Positions 24,561-36,881 of a stretch of DNA of 64,000 nt are shown piece after piece. A program made the translations under genes and the position numbers. Position 1 is the first letter of the stretch; each line of letters begins with the position of its first letter. The notes under the pieces are model-generated. The model was not told where the DNA came from. It made no database searches and saw only the letters and a list, made by a program, of their open reading frames with translations. Source of the DNA: the human T2T-CHM13v2.0 reference genome, Homo sapiens; assembly GCF_009914755.1 (NCBI RefSeq), contig NC_060925.1, one strand, 5' to 3'.

Positions 24561-25023
24561 GAAACCAAAGAAATGAACCCCTGCCCTTGTGGAGATTACA
24601 TTCTACCAGAGAGAGACAGAGAAACAGACACCTTCTTGTATTCCTGCAGTGAGCACACTTGTATTGAATGCATATTATCTTCCAGACTCTATTTAGGGCC
24701 TAAAGATCTGACAGTGAACATAATTCAAAATAAAATTAAAAAATAAATGAGTAAAATCTATACTCTATTACATGGTGATAAGTGCTATGGAAAAAAATTA
24801 AGTCAGGGAGGAATCAGGACTGCTGGAGTGGGAGGATTGCAATTTTTAAAAGGGTTGCTAGAAAAGGCCTCACTGCAAAGAAAAGGTTTGAGCAAGACAT
24901 TGAAAGAGGTGAGGGCATATTCACCTTTTGGATATTTCTGGGAAGAGGAACAGCAAGTGCAAAGGCTCTGAATTGAGCACGTGCCAGGAGCGGTCAAGAA
25001 GCTAGAGGGAGACCAGTGTACAT

Positions 25024-25200
25024 GGAGTGTGGTGGAGTAGGGTGGAGTAGAGTGCAGTGAGGAAGGTACTGTGGATTGGAGGCAGGCAGGGGTGTGGTTA
25101 GGGTCATGCAAGTAAGGTGGTGTGGGGTAGAGAAGATCTGAATGAGATGAGAAGAGATGCAGTAGAGTGAGGAGGGGAAAGGTGGGGTACCTAAGACCAA
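25024..25200 (+). repeat. Degenerate 5-nt-period simple repeat (GGAGT/AGAGT-like)
   Basis: ggagt gtggt ggagt agggt ggagt agagt gcagt ... gagat gagaa gagat gcagt agagt. Confidence 0.6.
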
Positions 25201-25789
25201 GGTAGTGGGGTCTGTCAGAGTTGGATAGAACCTTAAGGCCCTCTAGACATACTAAGGACTTTTATTTTTTCTCCGAATGAGATAGGAAGGCCTTGACAGT
25301 GTTGATCTTAAGAGTTTTATGATATGGCTTTATTTGAACAGCACCACCAAGGCTGTTTACTGAGAAGACTGTAGGGAGAAAGAGTGGAGTCGAGGGGAAC
25401 AGTTAGGAGATTATGGACTTAATTCAGGTGAGAGGTGCTGAAAGCTTAGTTCAGGGTGGCAGCAGTGCAGCTGGTTAAAAGTGATTCGACTGTTCATATA
25501 TTTTGAAAACAGAGCCAGCAGTATCTGCTGGATTTTGGGTGTGAAAAGAAAAGGAGAGCCAAGGATAGTTCCAAGATTCTGGTCCAAGCAACTGGAAAGA
25601 TGCAGTTGCCACTGAATAAGATTGGGAGGTCTTCGGTGCCAGGAATTTGGGGATCCAGTGTTTGACTTGGTAAATATTAAGTCCGAGGTGCTTTATCTTA
25701 AAATGTTAGATAGGGAGTTGGTCATGTAAATCTAGAGTTCAGGGGAGAGGCCTGAAATAAAGATAAAAATGTAAGGGTCATCAACTCAG

Positions 25790-27060
25790 CCAGCGTGAAG
25801 AGGTTTACACCAGCCAAAGATGGGACAATTCATTCAATAAGAATATTAACTGCAATGGGTAGACATACACATAATACATTTGCAAATCCATGCCTTCATA
25901 ATGAAACTGAAAAATATATCATTGGTCCCTTTGAGGATGCTAAAGAATAAACTCATTATTCAAAAACTGGGAAGTAAGACAAAATAATTAAGCATTTAAG
26001 CTGCCTTTCCTTTTTGAATTGCACTTCCAGGTAATCAAATAGTTGATGAGGGAAGTATTCTGATAAATTAAGAAAGAATAATAGAGTTAGATGATCACCA
26101 TTTTGTTAACCCCTGATGAAATATTGATGCTAGGCAGTAATCATCAATGGCATCACAAAGCCACTAACTGGACATAGTGTGTTTCCCATCAGACACCAGC
26201 TATAAAGTACTTTTGCCAAAATACAAAAACTGGCTCCAATCAAGCCTCCAGATCTGCTCACTAATTTACAGGAAATACAGGAGACAGAGGAACATGTTTA
26301 AAGACACTAGGTGGATACAGTCAACAAAATCCAGAATGTGACAAACTCCTAACACAAACAACCCTGTTTCTTCAACAAATAAATTGCAATAAAATAAAAC
26401 AAAGGTATCCATACATTTAGAGACCAAAGAGCTATATGTCAACTGAATGTTATATATAAACATCATTTGGATCCCAATTCAAACCATACCACTGACTAGA
26501 TATTTGATAACATTGAGAAGCTATTGCCATTTTATTAGGTGTGATAATGGTATGTGATTATGTTTAATAAAAAAATCCTTATCTTTAAAAAATATATTAA
26601 AATATTTATAGTTCAAACAGTGTTATGTTTAGGATTTGCTTCTAAATACTCTATTGGAAAGAGAGGAAAGTTGATGAGAGTAGAGTGCTAGAGCATGTAC
26701 ATTTATAATACCATCCTTTATACTTCTGTACATGTTTGAAATTATCCATAATTTTTTAAGGTCTAGTTAAGTAGTTATTAGATAATAAATAACACAAAAA
26801 GAATATACACAAGAAATTCAAGAACAGGCAAAACTCATTGTAAAGGAGTCCCCTATGGGAGGGGTGCTGCTGACTACAAAGGGGCACAAGGGAACTTTCT
26901 GGAGTAACAGAAACGTTCAATCTTGATCTGGGTGATGGTTACATATGTTTTGTAATCGTGTAGTATAAGACCCATAAAATTATAATGTTTGCACAGTTTA
27001 CTATATGTGAAATTAGACTATATGTAAAAGTATATAGTACACAATTACTATGTGCAAGGG
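25790..27060 (+). mobile_element. Old L1MC/L1ME 3' UTR fragments
   Basis: aaagatgggacaatt...actgcaatgg; ctaatttacaggaaatacagg; ggggcacaagggaactttctggag...tcttgatctgggtgatggttaca. Confidence 0.75.
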
Positions 27061-27069
27061 CAGAAGGGA

Positions 27070-27177
27070 GGCCAGGCACACATTTATAATTCCAGCACTT
27101 TGGGGGGCCAAGGAAGGAGGATCACTTGAGGACAGGAGTTCAAGACTAACATAACAAGACTCTGTCTCTAAAAAAAA
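27070..27177 (+). mobile_element. FLAM/Alu left monomer
   Basis: ccagcactttggggggccaaggaaggaggatcacttgagg..aggagttcaagact...tctctaaaaaaaa. Confidence 0.85.
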
Positions 27178-27740
27178 TTGTTTGTAATTTTAAATGGTAC
27201 GTGGTGGGGTTGGGAGAGTCACCAGGACATAAAGGGCAACAAAAGTTATAAGACTGGATGAGAACATCAAGAGAGCAGGCGGGGACAGAAAAGAGGATGG
27301 AGTATTATGTTCGAGAGCACTTCAACCTGCAGGAGTCCAGGAATTGAGGAGAAACTAGCAAAGGAGACAGAGCAGGACAGTCAGTGCAGTGGGAGGACGA
27401 TCACAGTGAGATGTGCTGGAAGGCAACAGAGGAAGGCCTTTCCCTGTGTCAGAGGCTGCTGGTGGACTGTCAGATGAAGACTGAGAAGTGCTCTTGAGTA
27501 CACCCTTTTGGGAACTCTCAGTACAGTAAGGGAGGCAGCCAAGAAAGGGCTTCCTGTGGAGGAAGTTTATAGATAGAGAGAGAGAAAGCAGAGAGACTGC
27601 ATGGAGTAGTGGAAAGGGCCTGACCATGCTGGATGGTCCAATTTGGTGTCTTCACTTAATGAAACTATAGTCAGGGGCAAGGAACCCCACTCCCTGAGCA
27701 CCGCTTGCTTTCAGTGTAAAGCAAATATAGTAATGATGAC

Positions 27741-28141
27741 TGTCTTGGTCTATTCATGCTGCTATAACAAAACAGTGTAGATTATAAACCACAGAAATTT
27801 ATTTTGCAAAGTTCTGGAGGCTGGAAAGTCCAAGATCAAGGTGCTTGCAAATTTGGTATCTGGTGAGCATCTACTTTCTTGTTCATAGGCCCCACAGGGC
27901 ATCCCCCAGGTCTTGTCAATGTCACACCACATGGCAGAAAAGAGTGAGGGTCTCTCTGTGGCCTCTTATATAAGGGCACTAATCCCATTCAAGAGGGATC
28001 CACCTTCCTGATCTAATCACCTCCTAAAGGCCCCATCTCCTAATACTATCACTTCAGGGTTAGAATTTGCAGGGGGCACAAAGCCAGTGCAAATTCAACA
28101 TATGAATTTGGGTGAGACACAAAGCCAGGGCACATCCAGCA
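27741..28141 (-). mobile_element. MLT1A/MST-type MaLR solo LTR
   Basis: tgtcttggtc...gctgctataacaaaa...gttctggaggctggaaagtccaagatcaaggtgc...ataagggcactaatcccattca; about 40-nt tandem duplication near 28062-28141. Confidence 0.88.
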
Positions 28142-29236
28142 ATGTCCAACTTGTAGCTGGTTGTGAAGGCAAAATAAGGTAACTTATGTGAAAAGTCTAG
28201 CATAGTGCAGGGCACTGGTATAGTTACTCAATAAGCTGTCTTGACAGAGAGTGCAAACTGTGGGCCTGAGTGGAGGACTTCAATCAGAGAAGAAGTGGCA
28301 TTTGATTGGGTCTGGAGGATGGGTTGCATTCAGAACTAGGAGGACTAGAGGGAAAAATTGAAATACATAATGTAAGAGATCATATCAGGTTAAAAAAGGA
28401 GGACAAGAAGAAGAACTGGAAAGGCTGATTTTTAGGAACTCTGTGGCGCCAGAAGTGCCCTGGGGCAGTGTAAAGTCAGGAGGCTCTGGGAAACCCTCTT
28501 CTCCAGAGGAGTTTGAAGAAGACTGCCAGCTACACTCAGGCTGCAGCTGTGACCTTGCTGGGCCCTGAGAGTGACAAGAACGGAGCCCATAATGATTAAC
28601 CTTGCCACTTGTTTCTGTAGTTTATTGTGACAAGACAATGCAATAAGGAGGGAGGTAATCAAAAAGCAATTTTGTAGCAGAAAGCTTAAAGTGACAAACC
28701 TTGCTTTTCCTAAATAAATCACTATTATTCCCATATGGCTCAGGACTGACAACTTGGGTTTCCTTAGTAACCAAGTACTTAGCTAAACCTGTGGCTCAGT
28801 GTGAGCGAGAGCAAGCCGCATCTGGAGAGAAGAACTAGTTGCCAAGTCTTTCCCAGAGGCCCCCTCACACCTCACAGGTGAACGCAGATGCCATTAGCAT
28901 TCCCGGCTTTAACATTCTCCGTTTTCACTATTCTCTGGGGATCCCTGAGGTCTATGACACATAGTAATTTGTCATTTTGCAGAATCATTAATTTGGCTTT
29001 TGAAAACCATTTGCTTTGCTAGTGACTGGATTTGGGAACTCCAACATCCAGATCTCAGCATGGCTTTTGAGGTTTACAAGGTAATGCTCATGATGTGATT
29101 CCTAAAAATGTACCAAAAATGGCTTCTCTGTGAATCATGCTCCTAAAAAAAGAAATCCAAGAGCTAATGCCAGTGATGGAAGGGAAGAAAAAGCAATGAA
29201 GACTAGGAAAGCAAAGGCACTTAAAAAGAAAAAGTT

Positions 29237-29585
<349 letters not shown>

Positions 29586-30049
29586 CTAGATTTACGAAGG
29601 TTTTTTAATATATCCTTTGCAAGTATTAAGTATCTATGCTGTTGTTTAACAGTTAGCTCCCTTCTTCTTCCCTTTTTTTTTCTTTCCTTTCTTCCTCCCT
29701 CCCTTCTTTGGACACATTTGTTGATCACCTGCCTGGTCTAAGCCATGGGCTCTGCACACAGAGGCCTGACCCCCTTGCTGGGGAGACAGATGTGAACTGA
29801 TGAGATGTGAACAACTCCAGGCTGAGAACTCAGAGGAAAGCGTGACCACTTTAGGAGGATTTGACATGTGGGACTACGGGCCAGTGGCCTGAGGATGGGT
29901 GTGAAGCTGACCAGGGCTTGAACATAGATTTCTCAGAAGCTCTGGAGGGATGGGTTTGGAACAAATGTGGAAGGGCCTGGACTCCCCACTCATTGCCATG
30001 TCATGCCAAGAATGCCGTCTCCAGGCTGTCCCTACTCATCCTTGGTTCC

Positions 30050-30420
30050 GCCGGCTCCTCCTATCTCAGGGTCTCTGCCTGGAATGCTCTCCATGCCCAT
30101 CCTTTGCATGGCTGCTTTCTTGGCACCCTACAGCTCTTGGTGTGAATCTCTCTTTCTTAGGGATGGGAGGAACCCTCCCCTAGACACTCCACCTAAAGTT
30201 CCTATTATTTTTCTTAATGGCATTTAACACAAACATTTTAATTTTACATTGTTTTTGGTGTACTTGTTACATCTGCCTTCTCTCCTAGACTCTAAGTTCC
30301 TCAAAATCAAAGAAAAAAAATTTTTTTGACTCATGATTGTATCCCCAGCACCTGACACAATGTCTCTTGACACATGGCTGATTCCTCACAAATACTGGTT
30401 GAATGAATGAATAAATGAGT
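30050..30420 (+). mobile_element. L2 3' end
   Basis: tctgcctggaatgctct...ttgtatccccagcacctgacaca...aaatactggttgaatgaatgaata. Confidence 0.75.
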
Positions 30421-31316
30421 CAAGACACAAATTAGAGGTTACCTCTTCCACCAGGCCTACCCGCCAAGTCTGGAGCAGGGTCTCTTTGTGTGTTTCTGTA
30501 GTGCCTGTACTTATCTGGTCATAGAACTTATTAATAATACAAAATGGGAAGTATTTACTTGCCTGCTGTCACTCCTCCCCCTGCCCCAACCAAGAGCTCC
30601 CTAAAGACCAGGACCACCTCGCTCTCTCCCAATCAGAGTCTGGCACAAATGCATCCCAAACTGACACTTTGCCCCAATAATAGGAGTGTTTTCCTGGAGG
30701 TAGGAGGAGTCTGGGCACTTTCTGTGAGCTCTAAATCATCCCTCCCCACTCATGGACAGAGGAGCCTACATGAACTGGGCTTCTTTCAGGGCTCCATGGC
30801 TGGAGTTCCTGCTCTGCGAGCCCTCCCCCCAGCCCCCTTCACGTGACGACATCAGGGAAGAGGGCTGGCCCCTCCTGCTGGCTGCCAGCTTTGCCTCAGC
30901 ATCCTGTCTGCCTCCCAGGCATTCCTCTTTGCAAGCCGACTCATACAGTACCCGGAGGCGAGTGCCTGTGCTCCCATGTGTGGATAATGAGGTTGTAGGC
31001 TGTGTGAGAAAGCAGAGCTTGAGCAGCCAAGAGGGGCCTCCCACACCCCCCCTATTTCGTTCTCACCCAGGGCACCAGCCAGACTGTAGGGCTTCTCTCA
31101 TGAAGGTGGCAGGATTGCACATTTGGTGGGTACTTTACACAGGCAGTCTTAACTATCCCTCTTAACAAAAAGCCCTATGAGTAAATAGTAGGGAGGGTAA
31201 GAGGGTCAGAAGTGTGGGAAAGAGGAAGGTGGATAGGTTGTGATTCTAAATAATGTGGTCAGGGTAAGTCTCACTGAGAGGATGACATTTGAGAAGAGAT
31301 TTCAAGAAGTGGGGGG

Positions 31317-31825
31317 TGTCTTAGTTCATTTTGTGCTGCTATAACAGAATACCACAGACTGAGAAATTTATAATGAACAGGAATTTATTTGGCTCATGGT
31401 TCTGGAGCAGGGAAGTCCGAGAAGATGACACCAGCTTCTGGCAAGAGACTTTGTGTTGCGACATCCCATGGTAGAAGGCTGAAGGGCAAGAGAGTCCATG
31501 CATAAGAGAGAGAGAGAGAGAGAGAGAGAGTGTGTGTGTGTGTGTGTGTGTGTGTTTGTGTGTGTGTGTGCTTGTCTGTGTCTGTGTGGAGGGGGGGAGG
31601 CGGGGGAGAGAGAGAGAGAGAGAAAGAGAAAAGGCTGAACTGATTTTTTAAATCAGGAACCCATTCACACAATAACCCATTCCTGAAAGAATAGTATTAA
31701 CTCATTTATGAGGGCAGAGCACTCATGACCTAATCACCTCTTAACGGTCCAACCTCTCCACATTGTTGTATTGGGTATAAATTTTTTAGCACATAAACTT
31801 TGGGGGACACATTCAAACCATAGCA
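31317..31825 (-). mobile_element. MST/MLT1A-type MaLR solo LTR
   Basis: tgtcttagttcattttgtgctgctataacagaataccacagactg...ggacacattcaaaccatagca; near-TSD ggggg/gggag. Confidence 0.9.
31505..31623 (+). repeat. Compound (AG)n(TG)n microsatellite
   Basis: About 25 nt of AG repeat, about 40 nt of TG repeat, then G-rich and AG repeat. Confidence 0.95.
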
Positions 31826-32969
31826 GGGAGTTAACCACATGAATATTTGGAGGAAGAATATTCTAGCAGAAGGGAGAGGCAATGCAAAAGCTCCCAGGTG
31901 GGAGCTTCTTGGAGTTCTTGAAAAACAGCAAGGAGGCCAATGAGGTAGAAGTAGAGTATGGGCAAGTATAAAGAGAGGTGACATCAAAAAGAGAAATATA
32001 AGGACACAGATCATGTAGGCTACTGAAGAACTTTGGCTTTGATTGAGTGAAATGGGGTCCATGGTTGGGTTTTGATCAGAAAAGTGACATTATCTGACTT
32101 GGATTTCTAAAGGATCACTCTTACTACTGTGTTGAGAACAGACGTTAAGGGGCAAGGAAAGGCAGAATTAGCATAAGAGGCTATTGAAATAATCCAAGCA
32201 AGAATAGCAAGGATGATGCCTGAGACTACAGTAATAGTAGAGATGGTGAGAAGTAGTAGCTCTGTGAATACAGTAGTAGCTCTCTGGATATAAACAGTAG
32301 AGCCAACAGGATTTCCTGAGGGCGTGGATGTAGGACATGAGAAAAAGAAAAAAAAAAAAAAGGATGATTTCATGTCAGAACAGCAGAGAAGTAGAAAGGA
32401 TGAAGTTGCTTCCTAGAGATGGAGGAGGCTGCAGATGGAGCTGATTTAGGAAGAAGGAAAATGGAGGATTCCTTTTTGACTTGTTGAGTTAGGGATATCT
32501 ATGAGTCTTGGGTTTAAGAAAGAGATCTGAGTGGGAGACATAAATTTGGGATTTATCACCATATAGATGGCATTTAATGACATTAGAATGGATACGTCAC
32601 CAATACAGTGTGTGTAACGTTATAGGTGGAGAAAAGAACCAAAGTCCAGCCTGGTACACTGCAACATTAAGATGTTGCTTTGACACCCCAAAGATATGAG
32701 TCACATTTAGAAAATTAAACAAAGTGCATCCCCTGCATGTCCCAGCTCACTCACTTCCTTCTCAAACTTCCTGAAAAATAACCTAATTTCACAGTCTCCA
32801 CAGTCTCCCCACCCAGCAGTCAAGCTTCAGCTCCAACCATTTTACCAAAGCTTCTTCCTCCAAAACCATCAAAGACTTCCAGTGAAGGAGCCTTAGTATC
32901 ATTTGACATTGTTCCCTGAGCACTCCTATGTTCTCAAAACTCTCATTTCCAGAATGTAGGAAATAGCAG

Positions 32970-33200
32970 ATGCCCTCAAGGACTTGCATCTTTGAGAGTC
33001 AGGCCTTGTGGATTGCATTACTTGGGACCCCTTTACTGGTTGACTTCAGATTGGGTTCATCCAATGGGAGATTGGTGGGCAGGAGGAGAGCAGTCAGGGT
33101 ATCTTTTCTCTGCTTTTGTCTATTTCCCCATATCTAGCAATGGCTGCATCCTCCTCCCTCAGGATTCTGAACTCTGGTAGAACTTTTTTTCTGTTCAGAT
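32970..33200 (+). mobile_element. LTR33-like fragment
   Basis: tggattgcatta...ttgggttcatccaatgggag...gggcaggaggagag..gtcagggtat. Confidence 0.55.
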
Positions 33201-35072
33201 TCTAGCCTTTCTGTCTCTGTCTCTATGACTGGCTTATCTTTCTCCTGTATACTCAATTGCTGATGTTCCATTCTCACCAATTTTCTTTTCTTTCCTTACT
33301 CTATATGCTTTCCATGACCTTGTTTTTCCCCCATGGTCGTAGCTACCACTCATATCTTAGGCATTATAGCTGTTTCCCACATTTTAACAGAGAAGCGGTA
33401 ACCCATGTGTTCAGGCACTCATCAGACACCTCCACTGGACGTCCCACAGACACCCCCAAGGATGATTTCATGTTCACCAGTAAACTGAGCTTCTGCCTCC
33501 ACAAAGCTCCTCCTCTTCCCCAGGGCCTGTTTCCTTTGCTCTGTCATCCCCTCGTCCTGGAATTCCCTCCTGCCTAGCCCCCTTCTCATCTACTTTCCTC
33601 CTCCCTGTCAGGCTTCTCCTAAAAGAGGAAGATAGTCCTTTTTTCTGTCACTATTACTGTGTTTTTGCTGCCTCCAGCCTTGTGCCCTGTCACTGGGTGG
33701 AGAGTCTCTGTTATTTATGCCTCAGGCTTAACTCAGTTAAACTGTTCCATAATTTATAAGACAGCTAACCTTAGCACGTCTGAGTTATTGAACAAATATC
33801 GGAGATAATTTAGATTTGATTGCTGATGAGCAGAGAAACCACAGTCTGTAGTCTGGAAAGGGCCACCATGGAGTAGAGGATCAGATGGCTGCTGCTTCAG
33901 CTTCTCAGACTAGTCATGATCTTTCCTCCTGGCATAGAAGCCATCCCCAGCACCAGCCTGTTTAACTGAGGTCCTCACAGTTTGCCCAGCCTCACCTACT
34001 CTGTGGTGAAAAACACAGAAACTTTAAAATACAACTGGCCAAGATTTGAAGCCAGATCTTTATCTTGGCTCTGTGATCGCAGGCAAGTCACTTCATTTCT
34101 CTGAATGTGTAGAAGGAGGCTAGTAATATCTGCCCAGCCTCCTTCATTGAGGAAATGAAGTGGAGTGGCATGGAGTGCCAAGAATTTTTTAAGCATTATC
34201 TAATATAATTCTTACACTCAATTATTAGCTAGTTGTACCTAGAATACATCCATTGGAGCTTTGGAGGAGAGTGAAGAGAGATAAGGAAATATCCCCTATC
34301 CTACAGGATTCTATACAGGTATGTGGGAATGGGGAGCTTTCTCCAACAGAGCAGCCAACTTCACCCAAGATTCCCAGTTGGAACAACCAGAAGTTCTGGT
34401 CACCATATTCTTAGTGCATTGAATCTCTTAGCTCTTCAGTATCATTCCCCACCTCTCACTCCATGCCATGGAGATGAAGTTGGCTCCTTCTTAATGGTCT
34501 CCCCTTGGCAAATGAATCACACTAATATCAGAGATTACAAAAACAAGTCGTTAACACCAACTCCTTTTGGGTAAAGGTTCAGAAGCTCAAAAAAGTAGAA
34601 ATACTAGGAAGATAAGAAAGAAAATAAACAATTAAGAACGTTTGTATCCAACTGCTCAATGTAGTCAAAAGCTACTCCTCTAATATGGGACTCTAAAATT
34701 ACTTCTTGGTTGTAGAGTATTTAAATAAAGAAGTGCAGTGTCAGCGATGTTCGCACTTCCCATTTGGGTGAATGGTATTGCTACCCCCACATACCCTAGT
34801 CAGACCAGAGGAAGCCTTTGAACCACTTCTTCTCCTTCATCCCCATACTCAAGCAGTCACCAGTTCCTTTCCATTTGTCACCTAAACATTCTCTCTGTCC
34901 CAGCACCTCTGGCCACATGTTTTCTCTTGGTCTCTGGGACCTCGACAACAGCCCAGTCTCTGGGCCTGCAGCCACCCTCTGTGTAGATTTCAGACCTATC
35001 TTTCTAAAACACAAGTGAGATCAGTTTTCTTCCCTATTCAGAGCCTCTCTTATCTCATTACCACCTCAGAGA

Positions 35073-35269
35073 ATAGTTGTCAAATGTGAATGTGCCTAAG
35101 AGCCGCCTGGAGAGCTGGTTAATGATTCAGATTCTCAGGCCTCACCTCGGAGAGTCTGAATCTCTGGGTCTTGGGAGAGGCCTGGGAACCTGCATTTTTG
35201 ACAAGTATCCTGCCCCCAGTGGGTATTCTGATACATACAATCTAAAGACTACATTTTAAGAAAAACTGC
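35073..35269. mobile_element. MER5-family hAT element within L2
   Basis: cagattctcaggcctcacctcggagagtctgaatc...ggcctgggaacctgcatttttgacaag. Confidence 0.8.
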
Positions 35270-35679
35270 AAAAGAATGAACAGAGGAAGGGAGAGAAGAA
35301 AAGGAGGGAGAAAGCCGGGCAGGAGGACTCAGTTCCAATCCATCAGAACAACACGGAAGAGCCTCACCATCTGGTACTGCCTGTGCCACTTTCAACATGC
35401 CATCTCTAACCATGCTGCGGAATATAGTGTCCCTTCACCATCCCCCACCCTCTGTACCCGGTTTTGTTCTTCTCCAGAGCACATATCACCACCTGAGACA
35501 TTTGTGATTATTAACATGCTTGCTTTCTGTCTTCCCCCATTCCAGTATAAGCTCTAATGCAAGCAAGAACTTAGATTTTACTTTCATATCCTCTACTACC
35601 TGGAACAGTGGCTGACACCTAGTAGAAAATATCTGTAAGCATTTGTGGGGGATATAGCATTAAAAAAGATACAAATGTT

Positions 35680-36170
35680 GTGGGCCTGCCGCACCCTAAC
35701 ACATCCTTTGAGGAGTAGCACTGCCCTTCCAGGTCATGTGACACTGAGGGCCCTCTCAGTGGCAGTGCTGAGCAGGGTGAGCACATGACCACGGCCCAGC
35801 CATTCACAGTAGCCCATCTCCACGTCCTAGGTGGAGACAGTTCTGTGGGTGGGTATTTGACTCATGCAGGGGGATCACACCTTTCCAGCAGCTGTGAGGT
35901 GTGGACCTGGAGATGCCAGTGACCATGTTCCCTCCATATGTGCAGTATTAGCAGAGGAGGTCAAGCAAACCTCAGAGATGAGGAGAGAGAAAGAATCTGA
36001 CTGTGTGGAGACCCTGTCCTCTCCCTGAGGCCCCGGTGGCTGCAATCCGTCTGTCCTTCCATTCTGAGTCGCACTCACACCCTTTCCAGCTACCCAAGAC
36101 ATTCCACTCTTTTCGTTCCAGCTAGTTTGAGTTTTCTGTCATTTGCATATGACAGAATTCTGCCTAATAC
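35680..36170 (+). mobile_element. MLT1J-type MaLR LTR
   Basis: gagcacatgaccacggcccagccattcacagta...ccagctagtttgagttttctgtcatttgca...gcctaataca. Confidence 0.7.
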
Positions 36171-36452
36171 ATGGGGACTAATTACATACATAATTACTTA
36201 CAATTTGCTATGAAGTCGCAGGCAGGAAAATGTAGGTTGCATTGAGAACAAATAATAGATGGGCCTAATCAAGTCTTGAGGGTCAGACTGCTTCTCTGGG
36301 GAAATGGCATTTAGCTGTGATGGAAAGGATGAGAGAAGTTAGCCATATGAAATGGGCTAGAGAGGGTTCCGGGCAGTTGTGCAGCAGGTACGAAGGGCCT
36401 CAGGTAGGAAGCAGACAGCTGGGAGCATTCAGTGAACTAAAAGAAGGCCAGC

Positions 36453-36881
36453 ATGCTGGGCACTATTTGTTTCCTCGACTCCGCCCCTGCCCTCACGTTC
36501 TGGGATCCCTCCTGCTTATGTTTGCTGCTAGCAGCTCACTTACTCCTGTGACCTTCAGAGGCTTGCCCGGGGCCCTGGAGACACCACACGTGTACAGAGA
36601 GCCAGCAGTGTCTGGACATTCACATGCTCCTCAGGTGTCCAGTGCCAGTGTCTGGCTAGTGTGAAAGAACACAGGACAAAGTCTGGGATGTTAGTTCTAC
36701 ACCAGAGCTTCCTGCTGGATTAAGTTGAGTCTGAAACTCCACCTAAATCACCCTCTAACTTGGCTTCTTCCTGTTCTTTCTCCTGCTTCTGTCGCTTTCA
36801 CCTGAGAATACTTGGAGCAGAAACCACTTGCGTCTGAATCCATGGCTTCGAGTCCAGTTTGGAAGAACTGGACCTAAGACA
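36453..36881 (+). mobile_element. LTR16-family ERVL solo LTR
   Basis: cagctcacttac...ccagagcttcctgctggattaag...aaccacttgc..ctgaatccatggctt...cctaagaca. Confidence 0.7.

Larger units (their letters stand above)
24340..25790 (-). mobile_element. L2 LINE (resumes at about 27220-27500 after an L1 insertion)
   Basis: cattcagcagatatttattaagtacctacta; gaggaacagcaagtgcaaaggctctga; ccaagcaactggaaagatgcagttgccact. Confidence 0.8.
31200..32680 (-). mobile_element. L2 LINE interrupted by a MaLR LTR
   Basis: ggtcagggtaagtctcactgagaggatgacatttgag; aacagcaaggaggccaatg; taaaggatcactct; aaagtagagccaacaggattt-like. Confidence 0.8.
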
